A stretch of DNA of 54,233 nucleotides from Acidimicrobiia bacterium (GTDB taxonomy: Bacteria; Actinomycetota; Acidimicrobiia; Spongiisociales; UBA11373). The first letter of the stretch is position 1. Every line of letters begins with the position of its first letter. Where the stretch lies: positions 1 through 54,233 of the forward strand of contig JBBDMM010000015.1 in NCBI GenBank assembly GCA_040878325.1, written 5' to 3'. Below are positions 27,963 to 37,667 of the stretch, in pieces. The notes under the pieces were generated by a model. It saw nothing but the letters and a program-made list of their open reading frames with translations, had not been told where the DNA came from and made no database searches. The position numbers and the translations under genes are program-made.

Positions 27963-29069
27963 TCAGCCGCCCTCGTACGCAGTTGGATCCTCGGTGAGGT
28001 AGGACTCGATCACGGCGTGGCGTTCGAGGTAGGTCGACACGAAGGCCTGGGCCGTCGCGGCGACGGGCAGAGCCATCAGGGCTCCGGGTACCCCGAGCAG
28101 GGTGCCACCGGCGATGGCGGAGCCGAACGAGATCGCCGGATGCAGCGACATGGTGCGCGCAGTGATCCGGGGGGCTAACAAGTAGTTCTCGATCTGCTGA
28201 TAGACGATGACATAGATGAAAACCGCCACCGCGCTCCCCGGGCTCTCGAGGAGGGCAATCACCAGGGGGAGCGCACCGCCGATGTAGGTGCCGACGACGG
28301 GCACGAACTGTGACAGCACCGCCATCCAGATGGCAAGAGCCAGGGCAAACGGCAGCCCGATCACCATGAACATCGACCATGCGAGCACTGCCGATATTCC
28401 GGCCAGGAGCACCCTGCTGTAGAAGTACCCACCGGTCTTTTCGATCGCGATCTCCCACGCCCGCAGCACTTCGCGTTGGCGGGCCGGAGGGAGCAACGAG
28501 CACACGGTCCGCCGGAGCCGGGGTCCATCGGCGGTCATGTAGAAGGTGAAGAGGCCGATCGTCAGCAACTGAAAGATGCTGCCTATCAGGGTCAATCCCA
28601 CGCCGAATACCTGGCCGGCGAAGTCGGCCCCGAAATCGCTGAGATCCTGGCTCGCTTCCTCGAGTGCCTCCCGAATGCGCTCGCCCGAGAACTCGATCCC
28701 CATCCCGGCCAGGAAGTCAGAGAGTTGATCGATCGATTCGGGGAGCCGCTCGACCAGCCGGGTCACCTGGTCGACGATCAGCGGGACCATCATGCCGGTG
28801 AACGTTCCGGCGATGGCCACCAGGGCCAGGAACATCAATCCGGTGGCCAGACCGCGCTTCCAGCCTCGCCTGGAGAGGAAGTTGACCGCCGGTTCGAGGG
28901 CGATCGAAAGGAAGAGGCTGATCATCAGCAGGATGAGCAACCCGCGGAGTCGGCCGACGACGTGATAGGCGGCGAACAGCCCGATGATGACGAGAACGAT
29001 GATCGTCAGCAGGCGGGGTATCCACGGAGGCATCCCGTTGCGGGTCTTCTTTACATCGCGCTTGGCCAC
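27963..29069 (-). CDS. AI-2E family transporter (PerM-like)
   Basis: Multiple TM segments; QFVPVVG, YQQIENYLLAPRI, LHPA..G.LLG..GALMALPVAA. Confidence 0.92.
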   Translation of the reverse strand: MAKRDVKKTRNGMPPWIPRLLTIIVLVIIGLFAAYHVVGRLRGLLILLMISLFLSIALEPAVNFLSRRGWKRGLATGLMFLALVAIAGTFTGMMVPLIVDQVTRLVERLPESIDQLSDFLAGMGIEFSGERIREALEEASQDLSDFGADFAGQVFGVGLTLIGSIFQLLTIGLFTFYMTADGPRLRRTVCSLLPPARQREVLRAWEIAIEKTGGYFYSRVLLAGISAVLAWSMFMVIGLPFALALAIWMAVLSQFVPVVGTYIGGALPLVIALLESPGSAVAVFIYVIVYQQIENYLLAPRITARTMSLHPAISFGSAIAGGTLLGVPGALMALPVAATAQAFVSTYLERHAVIESYLTEDPTAYEGG

Positions 29070-29097
29070 GTCGGGAGGCTAATGCCCGCCGGGTTGG

Positions 29098-31191
29098 CTA
29101 GACGGCGATGGCGGGGCGGGCCGCCCCGGGAAGGCGGATCTCGAAGATGCTTCCGCCATCGTGGCGGTAGACGAGGTCGCCGCCCATGAGCCGGGCCAGC
29201 CGCCGCGAGACCGGGAGCCCCAGGCCGATCGACCCCGGCAGGGCCGAGTCGGCCGTGGCACGCACATACGGCTGGAAGATCCGCTCGCGTTCTCCTGCCG
29301 GCACGCCGGGCCCGTCGTCGATGACTTGCACATAGATGCCGGCGTGGTCGAGCCCGGCGCGGATCGTGACGTTGGCTCCTCCGTAACGGCGAGCATTGGT
29401 GAGCAGGTTCCGCACGATCTGCCGGAACCGGAGCGGGTCGACCCAGGCGTGCACTCCGGTGGGGACGTCCACCGAAGGGATGTCGCCAGAGGGCGATGAG
29501 GCGACGATCTGGTCGATCTCGACCCGCAGGTCTACAAGCTCGGGGCGTACGACGAGGGTGCTCAGGTCGGCGCGGGCGGCGATCAGCAGGTCCTCGACGA
29601 TGTTGGAGAGCTCCCGGCTCTGGTCGGCGATGATGTTGATCAGGTCCCTGGTCTCGTCGGCGGAGAATTCGGACGCGTTGTCGCGTAGCTCGAACGCCAT
29701 TCCGTAGATCGTGGTGATCGGTGTCCGCAGCTCGTGCGAGACGCTCGCCACCAACTCGTCCTTGGAGGCCACCAGCGCCGCCAGTTCGCGTTCCGCTCGT
29801 TTGACCACCCCGATGTCGGTGATCCCGACGATGACCCGGGAAGCGTCGAGGCGGCCATCGGCCGTGCGAGTGGCCGCCCAGTGGAGCGAGAGATCGAGCG
29901 GCTGGCCGTCGACCGTGAGGCCATTGATCTCGAGGGCCAGGTGGTCGCGGTTCTCCCATACCGCCACGAACTGGTCGATGAACGATTCGAGCAACGGCGG
30001 AGGGGGGTTGTTGGGGACGACCCGTAGTAAGGCGTCTTCCTTCGAGGTTGCGCCGATGAGGTTGATCCCTGCGGGGTTCACGTCGAGAAAGGCGATCCGG
30101 GATATCAGGTCATGGGTCGCGGCGGGGTCGTCTTGAAGGTGGGCGCGCAGGTCGGTGACGCCGATGTGGCGCAGTTCGTCGAGCCGTCGAACCACCGCGC
30201 TGTAATCCTCCTCCCAAAGGGCGATCGGGGCGCGTTCGAACAGTGTCTTGAATCGGGCGGCATTCAGGTATGCGGTCTCTTCCACCTCGCGGCGCTGGGT
30301 CACATCCTCGACGGCCGCTTCGAAGTAGCGGAGTTCTCCATCGTCGTCACGGATCGCCTGGGCGTTGCCCCTGACCCAGAGGGAGGTGCCGTCGGCTCGC
30401 ACCCACCGGTTGGCGAAGCGCTGCGGCCCATCCTCGGATTCGAGTGCGGCTGCCAGGCCGCGCCACTCGCCGGCGTTGGCATGGAGTTCGCCGATCGACC
30501 TGCCGAGCAGATCGGCCGGCTCGTATCCCAGCATGGCGCCGAGGGCGGGGTTCGCATCGATGATCCGACCAGAGAGGGAGCACCTGAACAACCCGAGAGG
30601 CACCCGCCGAAAGATCTCGATTCGGGCGCGTTCGCTCTCCTCGAGCATCCGGCGAGCCATCCCCACGGCAGCGAGTCCCGCTGTCATTGCAAAGAGCCCG
30701 ATGAGCGTCGCCGAGATCGCCTCGCCCCCGGTGGCCAGGCCCATCGTCGGCCAGGCCAGTTGCCCCAGCGTCAGGGCTGCCATGAATGCCACGGTCCGCT
30801 GGCGCGAGCCTTGGGGCAACAGGAGCATGCCGACCAGCGCCAGCATGACGAGTCCGGCGGTGGTGGCGCCGCGCACCACCGGCGGAACGAGCAGGCCCGC
30901 AATGGAGGCACCGAAACCCGACAGGACCAGCAGGATCTCCGTGTCATAGCGGAGTCGGGCGAGGAGCACGGCCGAGCTGACGCCAATGGCGATCGCCACC
31001 GCGCCCATCAACAGGAATGCAGGGTTGCCGGTCACGGTGAACCCTATGAGATACCCGGCCAGCGCTATCGGCGACAGCCAGACGCCGGCAGTGAGAGCCA
31101 TTCGGTCGAGCCGACGCAACACCGATACGACGGTCATGTCGCGAGCAGCCGTATCCTGAGCCCCGGACGGGCTAAAAGTGAGCGAATCCAT
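29098..31191 (-). CDS. Membrane PAS-domain sensor histidine kinase
   Basis: TM region, two PAS-like regions, SHELRTP (H box), NLLTNA (N box), DDGPG, IFQPY, GLGL. Confidence 0.92.
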   Translation of the reverse strand: MDSLTFSPSGAQDTAARDMTVVSVLRRLDRMALTAGVWLSPIALAGYLIGFTVTGNPAFLLMGAVAIAIGVSSAVLLARLRYDTEILLVLSGFGASIAGLLVPPVVRGATTAGLVMLALVGMLLLPQGSRQRTVAFMAALTLGQLAWPTMGLATGGEAISATLIGLFAMTAGLAAVGMARRMLEESERARIEIFRRVPLGLFRCSLSGRIIDANPALGAMLGYEPADLLGRSIGELHANAGEWRGLAAALESEDGPQRFANRWVRADGTSLWVRGNAQAIRDDDGELRYFEAAVEDVTQRREVEETAYLNAARFKTLFERAPIALWEEDYSAVVRRLDELRHIGVTDLRAHLQDDPAATHDLISRIAFLDVNPAGINLIGATSKEDALLRVVPNNPPPPLLESFIDQFVAVWENRDHLALEINGLTVDGQPLDLSLHWAATRTADGRLDASRVIVGITDIGVVKRAERELAALVASKDELVASVSHELRTPITTIYGMAFELRDNASEFSADETRDLINIIADQSRELSNIVEDLLIAARADLSTLVVRPELVDLRVEIDQIVASSPSGDIPSVDVPTGVHAWVDPLRFRQIVRNLLTNARRYGGANVTIRAGLDHAGIYVQVIDDGPGVPAGERERIFQPYVRATADSALPGSIGLGLPVSRRLARLMGGDLVYRHDGGSIFEIRLPGAARPAIAV

Positions 31192-31282
31192 TGCTTGAGG
31201 TATCGACCGCTCGGGGGATCGCCTTGACCGTTCGAAAGTCCGATTCTCACCCGTATCGAGTGATTCGGGCTACCGTTCCGCC

Positions 31283-31924
31283 ATGCCGGCCCCATCGATC
31301 CGCAGGGTGGCACTCGTGCTCGCCGCAATGGCGGTCGCGGCGGCATGCTCCGAGCCCTTGTCGCAGGAATCGACTCCGATCCGCGACGACGGCCGGGAGA
31401 TCTTCTTCGAGCTCCCGTCGGGCTGGACCGTGGTGCCGGAGTCCGAAGTGGCCGCGCTCGGCAGGACCCCCTTCGTTGCTCAGACCAGCTTTACGTTGCC
31501 CGTGGTGTCCCGGGTGGTGTTCCATGGCCCGGGTTTCGCTTTCAGTGACGCCGCCCTGGACACGTCGCTGTTCGGCAGCCCGGTGGGGTCGGCGGTGGTC
31601 CGCACCATCCCCGAAGGTTCCCGCGACTTCATCAGCCGCTACCTGCTGGCCGAGCTAGTGGTCCCGTATCACAGCGAGCCCATCGCCACCGAGCACTTCA
31701 AGCAGGACATCGAGCTCGCCGATGGCTACGACGGCGTCCAACTGCTCATCAGCTACGCCGAGACCGAGGAACAAGTACCGGCGGCGGTACTGTTCACCGT
31801 GGTGACCGACCCCGATGATGAGCGGATGTACTCGATCGCCGTCGGGTGTTCGGCCGAGTGCTTCAACACCCATGGTGAGGCGATCACCGCGATCATCGAC
31901 TCCTGGCTGGTGAACACCGGATGA
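31283..31924 (+). CDS. Hypothetical lipoprotein
   Basis: Lipobox-like VAAAC; ATGA overlap with the downstream AAA gene. Confidence 0.7.
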   Translation: MPAPSIRRVALVLAAMAVAAACSEPLSQESTPIRDDGREIFFELPSGWTVVPESEVAALGRTPFVAQTSFTLPVVSRVVFHGPGFAFSDAALDTSLFGSPVGSAVVRTIPEGSRDFISRYLLAELVVPYHSEPIATEHFKQDIELADGYDGVQLLISYAETEEQVPAAVLFTVVTDPDDERMYSIAVGCSAECFNTHGEAITAIIDSWLVNTG

Positions 31925-34158
31925 GCTACCCGCGCCGCCGCCGGGCCGGCTTCTTCGACCGGATCAAGGTCTTCTTGTTCCTGTTCATCGTGCTCGCCTT
32001 CTTCGTGGTCAAGGAACTCAACGACCCGTTTGTCACCCTGCGCGAATCGTTCGAATCGTTCGCGTCCACCACCTTCGGGGTGGTGGTCGTCAGCCTCCTC
32101 TTGGTCGAGATCCTCCGCCAGATCCACTACCTGATCTCTGAGAACTGGGGCCGGTACAACCACTTCTGGACGGACCGGGTCTTCGAGGGCACCTCGCGCG
32201 GTGTTGCCCGGCGGGTAGGCGAATTCACCCGCTATCGGATTCGCCGCATCGTCCGCTGGCTGATCCTGATAACCGTCTACGCCTACATTGTGGTGATCAT
32301 GCGCGACGACATCGATTCGCCCGTAGATGCAATCGTGCGTACCCCCGAGGTGATCGGCGACATCCTTCCGATTGTCCTTCAGTTCGTCTTCCTCGGCAGC
32401 CTGGTCATGTTCCAGTTCGTGGCGATCTTCTGGTTCCTGTCTCGGGGCGGCATCGACATCGTGTTTCCCGAGGACATCGAGACCCGGTTCGATTCGGTAT
32501 GGGGCCAGGACCATGTGCTGTCCCATGTGAAGGAGAACATCGCCTTCCTCGAGAAGCCCGACGAGATCGAGGCAAAAGGCGGCTACATCCCTGGAGGCAT
32601 ACTTCTTTGGGGTCCCCCGGGCACCGGCAAGACGCTGATCGCCGAGGCGATCGCGGGCCAGGTCGGGAAGCCGTTCGTGTTCGTGGACCCGGGTGCCTTC
32701 ATCCAGATGTTCATGGGCGTGGGTGTCCTGAAGGTCAAGCGCCTATTCCGCAAGCTACGCAAGCTGTCGATCAAGCACGGGGGCGTCGTCGTCTTTTTCG
32801 ATGAAGCCGACTCACTGGGCAACCGGGGGATGCTCACCGGGGGGCCCGGCCCCGTCCAGCCGATGGTGGGCGGCGACCCCAGCTGCAACGGCACATCGTT
32901 TCTCACCCCGCAGACCCAGCGACTGCTGGCCGAGGCCTTCAACCCGACCACCGTGGCCGACCCCGACCGGGAGCAGCGCGGCATGGTCCACCGGATGATG
33001 ATGGGAATGGGCGGCGGCGGCGGAGGTATGGGGACATTGCAGGCCCTGCTCACCGAAATCTCCGGATTGACGAAGCCGCGCGGTCTCGGCAATCGCCTCC
33101 GGCGAATCCTCGGTATGAAGCCGAAGCTTCCTCCGAAGTACCGAATCCTCATCATGATGGCCACCAACATGCCGAACGCCCTCGACCAGGCGTTGCTCCG
33201 GCCGGGCCGAATCGACCGCATGTACAAGGTGGGTTTCCCCTCATTGGAAGGCCGGAAGCGCACCCTCGAGGGGTATCTGGCCAAGGTCAAGAACACCCTC
33301 ACGCCGGACGAAGTCGAGAGAGTCGCCTTGACCACCCCGTATTTCTCCGGTGCCAAGATCAAGGACCTCGTCAACGAGGCGCTCATCCACGCGATTCGCT
33401 ATGGGCGCGACACGGTGAGCTTCGCCGACGTGTGGCATGCAAAGGCTCTCAAGCAGTTCGGGCCCCCCGACGACCACGAGTACATCGTGCGGGAGCGCTG
33501 GGCCGTGGCGATCCACGAGGCGTCCCACGCGGTGGCCGCCCATTTGCTGCGGGCTCACGCCGCCATCGACATCGTCACCATCGAGCGCCGCGGGGAGACC
33601 GGGGGCTTCGTCTCCTGGATCGATGTCGAGGACCGATTCACCCATTGGCGCACCGAGCACGAAACCGATATCAAGACCGCGTTGGCGTCCCTCGCCGGCG
33701 AGAAGTTGTTCTTCGGGGACGACAACTCGTCTGGTGTCGGCAGCGATCTGCGCAACGCCACCCACATCGCGGCTCTGATGGAAGGCGTCTGGGGGATGGG
33801 CGACCAAATCACGTCCCACATGGCCCTCTCGCAGGCTTTCGTAGGAAACGCCCCTGACCCGAGCGAGAGCATCCTCAAGTCGCTCGGCAAGCAGGTGGAG
33901 GAGCGTCTCAAGGGGCTCTATGACGAGGTCTATGCCCTTCTGGAGGAACACCGCGAGGGTGTCATGAAGATCGCCGGCGAACTCGTCGAACGGAAGACGA
34001 TCTCGGGGGACGACATCACCCGGATCCTCGAGGTCGAACCCGGCTCACGGACCATCCACAAGCCGGTCGGCTATCGAGCCTTCCAGGTGGAAGGGAACGG
34101 CGAAGTTCGCACGTCCGACGGTGACAAGCGCACTTCCGGGGGCGTGGCGGTGGAATAG
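31921..34158 (+). CDS. FtsH-like membrane AAA+ zinc metalloprotease (peptidase M41)
   Basis: GPPGTGKT, FFDEAD, ATN..NALDQALLRPGRID, HEASH, SSGVGSDL. Confidence 0.88.
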   Translation: MSYPRRRRAGFFDRIKVFLFLFIVLAFFVVKELNDPFVTLRESFESFASTTFGVVVVSLLLVEILRQIHYLISENWGRYNHFWTDRVFEGTSRGVARRVGEFTRYRIRRIVRWLILITVYAYIVVIMRDDIDSPVDAIVRTPEVIGDILPIVLQFVFLGSLVMFQFVAIFWFLSRGGIDIVFPEDIETRFDSVWGQDHVLSHVKENIAFLEKPDEIEAKGGYIPGGILLWGPPGTGKTLIAEAIAGQVGKPFVFVDPGAFIQMFMGVGVLKVKRLFRKLRKLSIKHGGVVVFFDEADSLGNRGMLTGGPGPVQPMVGGDPSCNGTSFLTPQTQRLLAEAFNPTTVADPDREQRGMVHRMMMGMGGGGGGMGTLQALLTEISGLTKPRGLGNRLRRILGMKPKLPPKYRILIMMATNMPNALDQALLRPGRIDRMYKVGFPSLEGRKRTLEGYLAKVKNTLTPDEVERVALTTPYFSGAKIKDLVNEALIHAIRYGRDTVSFADVWHAKALKQFGPPDDHEYIVRERWAVAIHEASHAVAAHLLRAHAAIDIVTIERRGETGGFVSWIDVEDRFTHWRTEHETDIKTALASLAGEKLFFGDDNSSGVGSDLRNATHIAALMEGVWGMGDQITSHMALSQAFVGNAPDPSESILKSLGKQVEERLKGLYDEVYALLEEHREGVMKIAGELVERKTISGDDITRILEVEPGSRTIHKPVGYRAFQVEGNGEVRTSDGDKRTSGGVAVE

Positions 34159-34221
34159 CCAGCCGCCAGCCGCCAGCCAACAGTCTTGATTCCTCTTGCT
34201 GGAGGCTGGTGGCTGGAGGCT
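34158..34221. repeat. Inverted heptamers (CCGCCAG)/(CTGG[AT]GG) with TCTTGC
   Basis: gccagccgccagccgccagccaacag ... tcttgctggaggctggtggctggaggct between convergent genes. Confidence 0.8.
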
Positions 34222-34223
34222 TC

Positions 34224-35528
34224 TTATGGTGCTTGCCAGCCCGGATCACCCAGGGTCGCCGGCCCGCAGCGGGTCGTCAGCAGTCTCACTTCGTCGGTTC
34301 CCACGGCTGCGTAGAGCAGGTCGGTGCCATCGCTCACGATGACATGCTCGCCGTCGCCGGCCGGCCACACCGTTCGTGCCCCGCTCAGTGATTCGGGGAG
34401 AGACCCCTCCGTCGTCGATCCCGTGATCACATCCGTGACCTGGAGCATCGCCAGTGATTGCGGCGAATCGACCCAGAGCAGCCGATCTCGTGCGTGCCAG
34501 CCGATGACGAGCGCTCCGTCGGGGACCCCGCGAACGGGCGTCACCACCGGCTCGCCATCCTCGAGAGTCAGCAGCAAATGGCTCTCCGGGTTCGGCTCCC
34601 CCAGTGGGGTCAGGCGGATCAAAGCCCGGTCGCGGAAAGGGTCTCGGGCGGCGGATGAGGGCAGGAAGGACCCTGTCGACTGATCGGCGATCTCGACGGT
34701 CCACAGCAGCTCGCCCGTGGTGGCGTCGATGCCGAGTACCGCCGACTGGACGCCGCTAGGTCGCCCCTCATCCGGCTGCAACGCCCCGACGAGAAGGACG
34801 TCGTCGATGACGGTCAGCGATGTCAGCACGTCCCAATCCACTGCCGCGACGGTGACGATGGTTCCGGCGATCGTGCCCACCGCGGCCAGTTGGCCATCGG
34901 GCAAGGAGTCGAACTGGTAGATCTCAGACTCGCCTGCCACGAAGGTCTCGGCGCCAGCGATCGGGAGGCTGCCGAGCGACGCCCAGCGGAGGCCGGCCGG
35001 GTCGAATAGGAGGTAGCGGTCCTCGAACCGCACCACTCGAACCAGTGAACCGACGAACTCGATGTTGGCGCCCGCGAGAGTCCTGACGGCTTGCCGCTCT
35101 TGCCGGGTGACGGTCGCAACCCCGAGCAGCGGGGTCCCGGCTATATCGGGATGCTCGCCCAACCTCACCTCGACGGTGAGCGGCTCGAAGTCGTTGCGAA
35201 CGAGGGCAACCCTCACCACTTCGCCGGTGGCGTGGGTTTGGACGACCTCGCGCAGGTCCGCCGAGGTCACCACTCGGGTGCCTGCGACGTCGACGATCGT
35301 GTCTCCAGGCAGGAGAACGCCGTCGGCACCGCTTCCTTCGGTGACGGCTGTGACCTGGGCACCGAGACCCGGGCCGATCGACAGCAGGCATGCGCCGACC
35401 CCGACATTGGTCCCGTCGTCGACCGCGGCGAGCGGCACGGTGGGGAGGGTGGTGACGCGATCGCTCCGGTTGGCGCACGCCCCGGCGACGAGTGCCATTA
35501 CCCCGACGAGCGCGTAGATCCGACGCAT
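34224..35528 (-). CDS. PDZ-domain lipoprotein
   Basis: Lipobox VAGAC; PDZ pattern V..V..GSGADG.L.PGD.I..V.G; beta-rich C-terminus. Confidence 0.75.
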   Translation of the reverse strand: MRRIYALVGVMALVAGACANRSDRVTTLPTVPLAAVDDGTNVGVGACLLSIGPGLGAQVTAVTEGSGADGVLLPGDTIVDVAGTRVVTSADLREVVQTHATGEVVRVALVRNDFEPLTVEVRLGEHPDIAGTPLLGVATVTRQERQAVRTLAGANIEFVGSLVRVVRFEDRYLLFDPAGLRWASLGSLPIAGAETFVAGESEIYQFDSLPDGQLAAVGTIAGTIVTVAAVDWDVLTSLTVIDDVLLVGALQPDEGRPSGVQSAVLGIDATTGELLWTVEIADQSTGSFLPSSAARDPFRDRALIRLTPLGEPNPESHLLLTLEDGEPVVTPVRGVPDGALVIGWHARDRLLWVDSPQSLAMLQVTDVITGSTTEGSLPESLSGARTVWPAGDGEHVIVSDGTDLLYAAVGTDEVRLLTTRCGPATLGDPGWQAP

Positions 35529-35580
35529 TGCGGAAGGGTAAGCGACTTGCCGGTTTTCTGAGTTCAGCCGGGAAGATCTC

Positions 35581-36354
35581 CTAGGCAGCTCGGGCGGGTC
35601 GACACACCTGGCAAGCCCGGTAGCCGGCCTTCTCGGCGGCGACCTCGGAAGGAAACTCCACCCTGTGGGGCTCGGTGATTCGGCGGGCGTTGTGGCAAGT
35701 CGGGTGGCAGAAGATCCGGGTGGTATCGCTGCCGAGGAAGCGGACCCCCCGGGCAGTGAGCCGCTCGAACCCTTCGACGTCGAGGCCTTCGATCTCGAGG
35801 AGGGCTCGCTTGTTGTCATCGGATCCGAGCGAGTACTTGCCGAGCGTGCCGTCCGACCGCACCACGCGGTGGCAGGGGATGATGACCGGAACCGGGTTCC
35901 GGGCAAGGGCCGACCCCACCGCGCGGACGGCATCGGGCTTCCCGATCTCCTTGGCGATCCAGCCGTAGGGACGGACTTCACCCCGGGGGATGGTCGCCGC
36001 CCGCAGGAGCACGGCTTGCTGGAACTCGGAGAGACCGGACAGATCGAGCGCAAGCTGTCCAGGTCGTCCGTCGGCGAGTGCCTTGTCGACCTGGGCGGCG
36101 ATGACCGCGGGCAGCGCCGTCGCCGGAACGACGTTGCGGCCGTGAATCTCGAGAAAGCGCCGTTCGAATGCCTCCGGTGAGGTGGCGAGGTCGACAGTGG
36201 TGACCCCCCGTCGGTTGAAGGCGACGAACACGTCGCCGAGCGGGCTCGACCGGCGGGCGTACTGGTCGGCCAGGCCGACGTCGGCGAGAATCCGGTCGAT
36301 CAGGCCCGTCGGAGCAGGCTCCCGGAGTGACTGGAGATCGTCTTGGAGCGTCAT
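35581..36354 (-). CDS. Methylated-DNA-protein-cysteine methyltransferase (Ogt) with C-terminal Ada metal-binding domain
   Basis: IPRGEV..YG.IA, RAVGSAL..NP, PCHRVV active site; C-terminal TTRIFCHPTC...AGYRACQVCRP (4 Cys). Confidence 0.92.
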   Translation of the reverse strand: MTLQDDLQSLREPAPTGLIDRILADVGLADQYARRSSPLGDVFVAFNRRGVTTVDLATSPEAFERRFLEIHGRNVVPATALPAVIAAQVDKALADGRPGQLALDLSGLSEFQQAVLLRAATIPRGEVRPYGWIAKEIGKPDAVRAVGSALARNPVPVIIPCHRVVRSDGTLGKYSLGSDDNKRALLEIEGLDVEGFERLTARGVRFLGSDTTRIFCHPTCHNARRITEPHRVEFPSEVAAEKAGYRACQVCRPARAA

Positions 36355-36902
36355 GGTCCCTCCGATGGGGGGTAGGTGGCGCGCAGGCGGGCGAGCCCGC
36401 GGTGGACATCCGAGCGGATCGTCGCCGCGGGGCGATCGAGTGCAGTGGAGATCTCGGCGTACGAGAGACCGACCACGTGTTTCAAGACGACGGCGGTACG
36501 CATTTCCCAGGGCAATTCGAGCAAGAGATTGGCCAGTTGACCTTCGATCTCGGAGGACAACACGGTCGCCTCGGGTCCCGCGGTGGGTTCGGCCGGCTCG
36601 TGAGTGCCCAGGCTCACGGCTTGGTGGCGCGCCCGTGATCGCAGCCGGTTTCGGCAGAGGTTGGCGGCGATGGTCCACACCCATCCCCTGAGCCGCATCT
36701 CGCGGATGCGGTCCTGCGGATACTCACCCAGGGCCCGGTAGGCGCGGATGAGGGCCTCCTGCGTGACCTCCTCGGCGTCACTCCTATTGCCGAGCATGCG
36801 CAGTGCCCCCGAGTAGAGGCCGGGGGTGAGATCTCTCACGAGATCCGGGAACGCACCGTCGAGGTCATCGGCGAGCCGCATGGCGAGACGATCGGCGCTC
36901 AT
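36351..36902 (-). CDS. ECF RNA polymerase sigma factor
   Basis: DAEEVTQEA..RAY, W.WTIAANLCRN, GLSYAEIS..L..PAATIRS.VHRGL; start could be 36902-36926. Confidence 0.92.
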   Translation of the reverse strand: MSADRLAMRLADDLDGAFPDLVRDLTPGLYSGALRMLGNRSDAEEVTQEALIRAYRALGEYPQDRIREMRLRGWVWTIAANLCRNRLRSRARHQAVSLGTHEPAEPTAGPEATVLSSEIEGQLANLLLELPWEMRTAVVLKHVVGLSYAEISTALDRPAATIRSDVHRGLARLRATYPPSEGP

Positions 36903-36920
36903 GGTCATCATCGTCCCAGA

Positions 36921-36948
36921 GAACACCGGCCATCACCCATCCGTTGCA
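36921..36948 (-). promoter_or_regulatory. Possible ECF-type (autoregulatory) promoter
   Basis: Minus strand TGCAAC-N16-GTGTTC just upstream of the ECF gene; AAC in the -35 is typical of ECF promoters. Confidence 0.35.
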
Positions 36949-36971
36949 CCCGCAGGGCTACCTTTGGTGCC

Positions 36972-37667
36972 ATGGCCGGCTGCTGCGACCCATCCGGATA
37001 TCGGCAGGTATTCAACAAACGCGAAGCCCGCCGGGCGGCCCGGGCGTACCGGCGCCGCGGGCTCGACTCCACCGCCCGGCCGATGGTCGCGGCTCTCGCG
37101 GCGAGGGGGATCGATGGGGCATCCGTGCTCGAAGTTGGCGCGGGGGTGGGGTCGGCGCAGGTGGCGCTCCTCGAAGCCGGTGCCCGGTCAGGAGTCGCCT
37201 ACGACCTCTCGCCTGCCCACAAGGAGGTGGGCGAGGACCTGCTGGCGGAACACGGGTTGACAGATCGCGTCGAGTGGAGGACTGGCGACTTCGTCGCTGA
37301 TAGGGCCGCACCGCAAGCCGACGTCGTGTTCCTCAATCGGGTGGTGTGTTGCTATCCCGGCATCGAGCTCGTAGACGCGGTCGCGTCCCGCTCGGTTCGG
37401 CTGCTGGCCATGGCGTATCCGCGGGACCGATGGTGGGTGCGTGCCGGGGTACGGGCGCTGAACGGCTTCCTGCGGATCGGGCGAACCACCTTTCGGGTCT
37501 TCGTGCACCCAACCGCCGAGGTCGGACGGCGAGTTGCCGCCGCCGGGCTCCGAGAAGTCGCGTCGGGGCGGAACCTGATGTGGGAGTGGCACGTCTGGGA
37601 ACGTCGACAGTCAGCGACGACCGCGACGGCGCAGGTAGGCGTGCCAGATCAGATGGGCGGCGGCTGA
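36972..37667 (+). CDS. Class I SAM-dependent methyltransferase
   Basis: VLEVGAGVG motif I, GDF, ADVV.LNRVVCCYP. Confidence 0.85.
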   Translation: MAGCCDPSGYRQVFNKREARRAARAYRRRGLDSTARPMVAALAARGIDGASVLEVGAGVGSAQVALLEAGARSGVAYDLSPAHKEVGEDLLAEHGLTDRVEWRTGDFVADRAAPQADVVFLNRVVCCYPGIELVDAVASRSVRLLAMAYPRDRWWVRAGVRALNGFLRIGRTTFRVFVHPTAEVGRRVAAAGLREVASGRNLMWEWHVWERRQSATTATAQVGVPDQMGGG

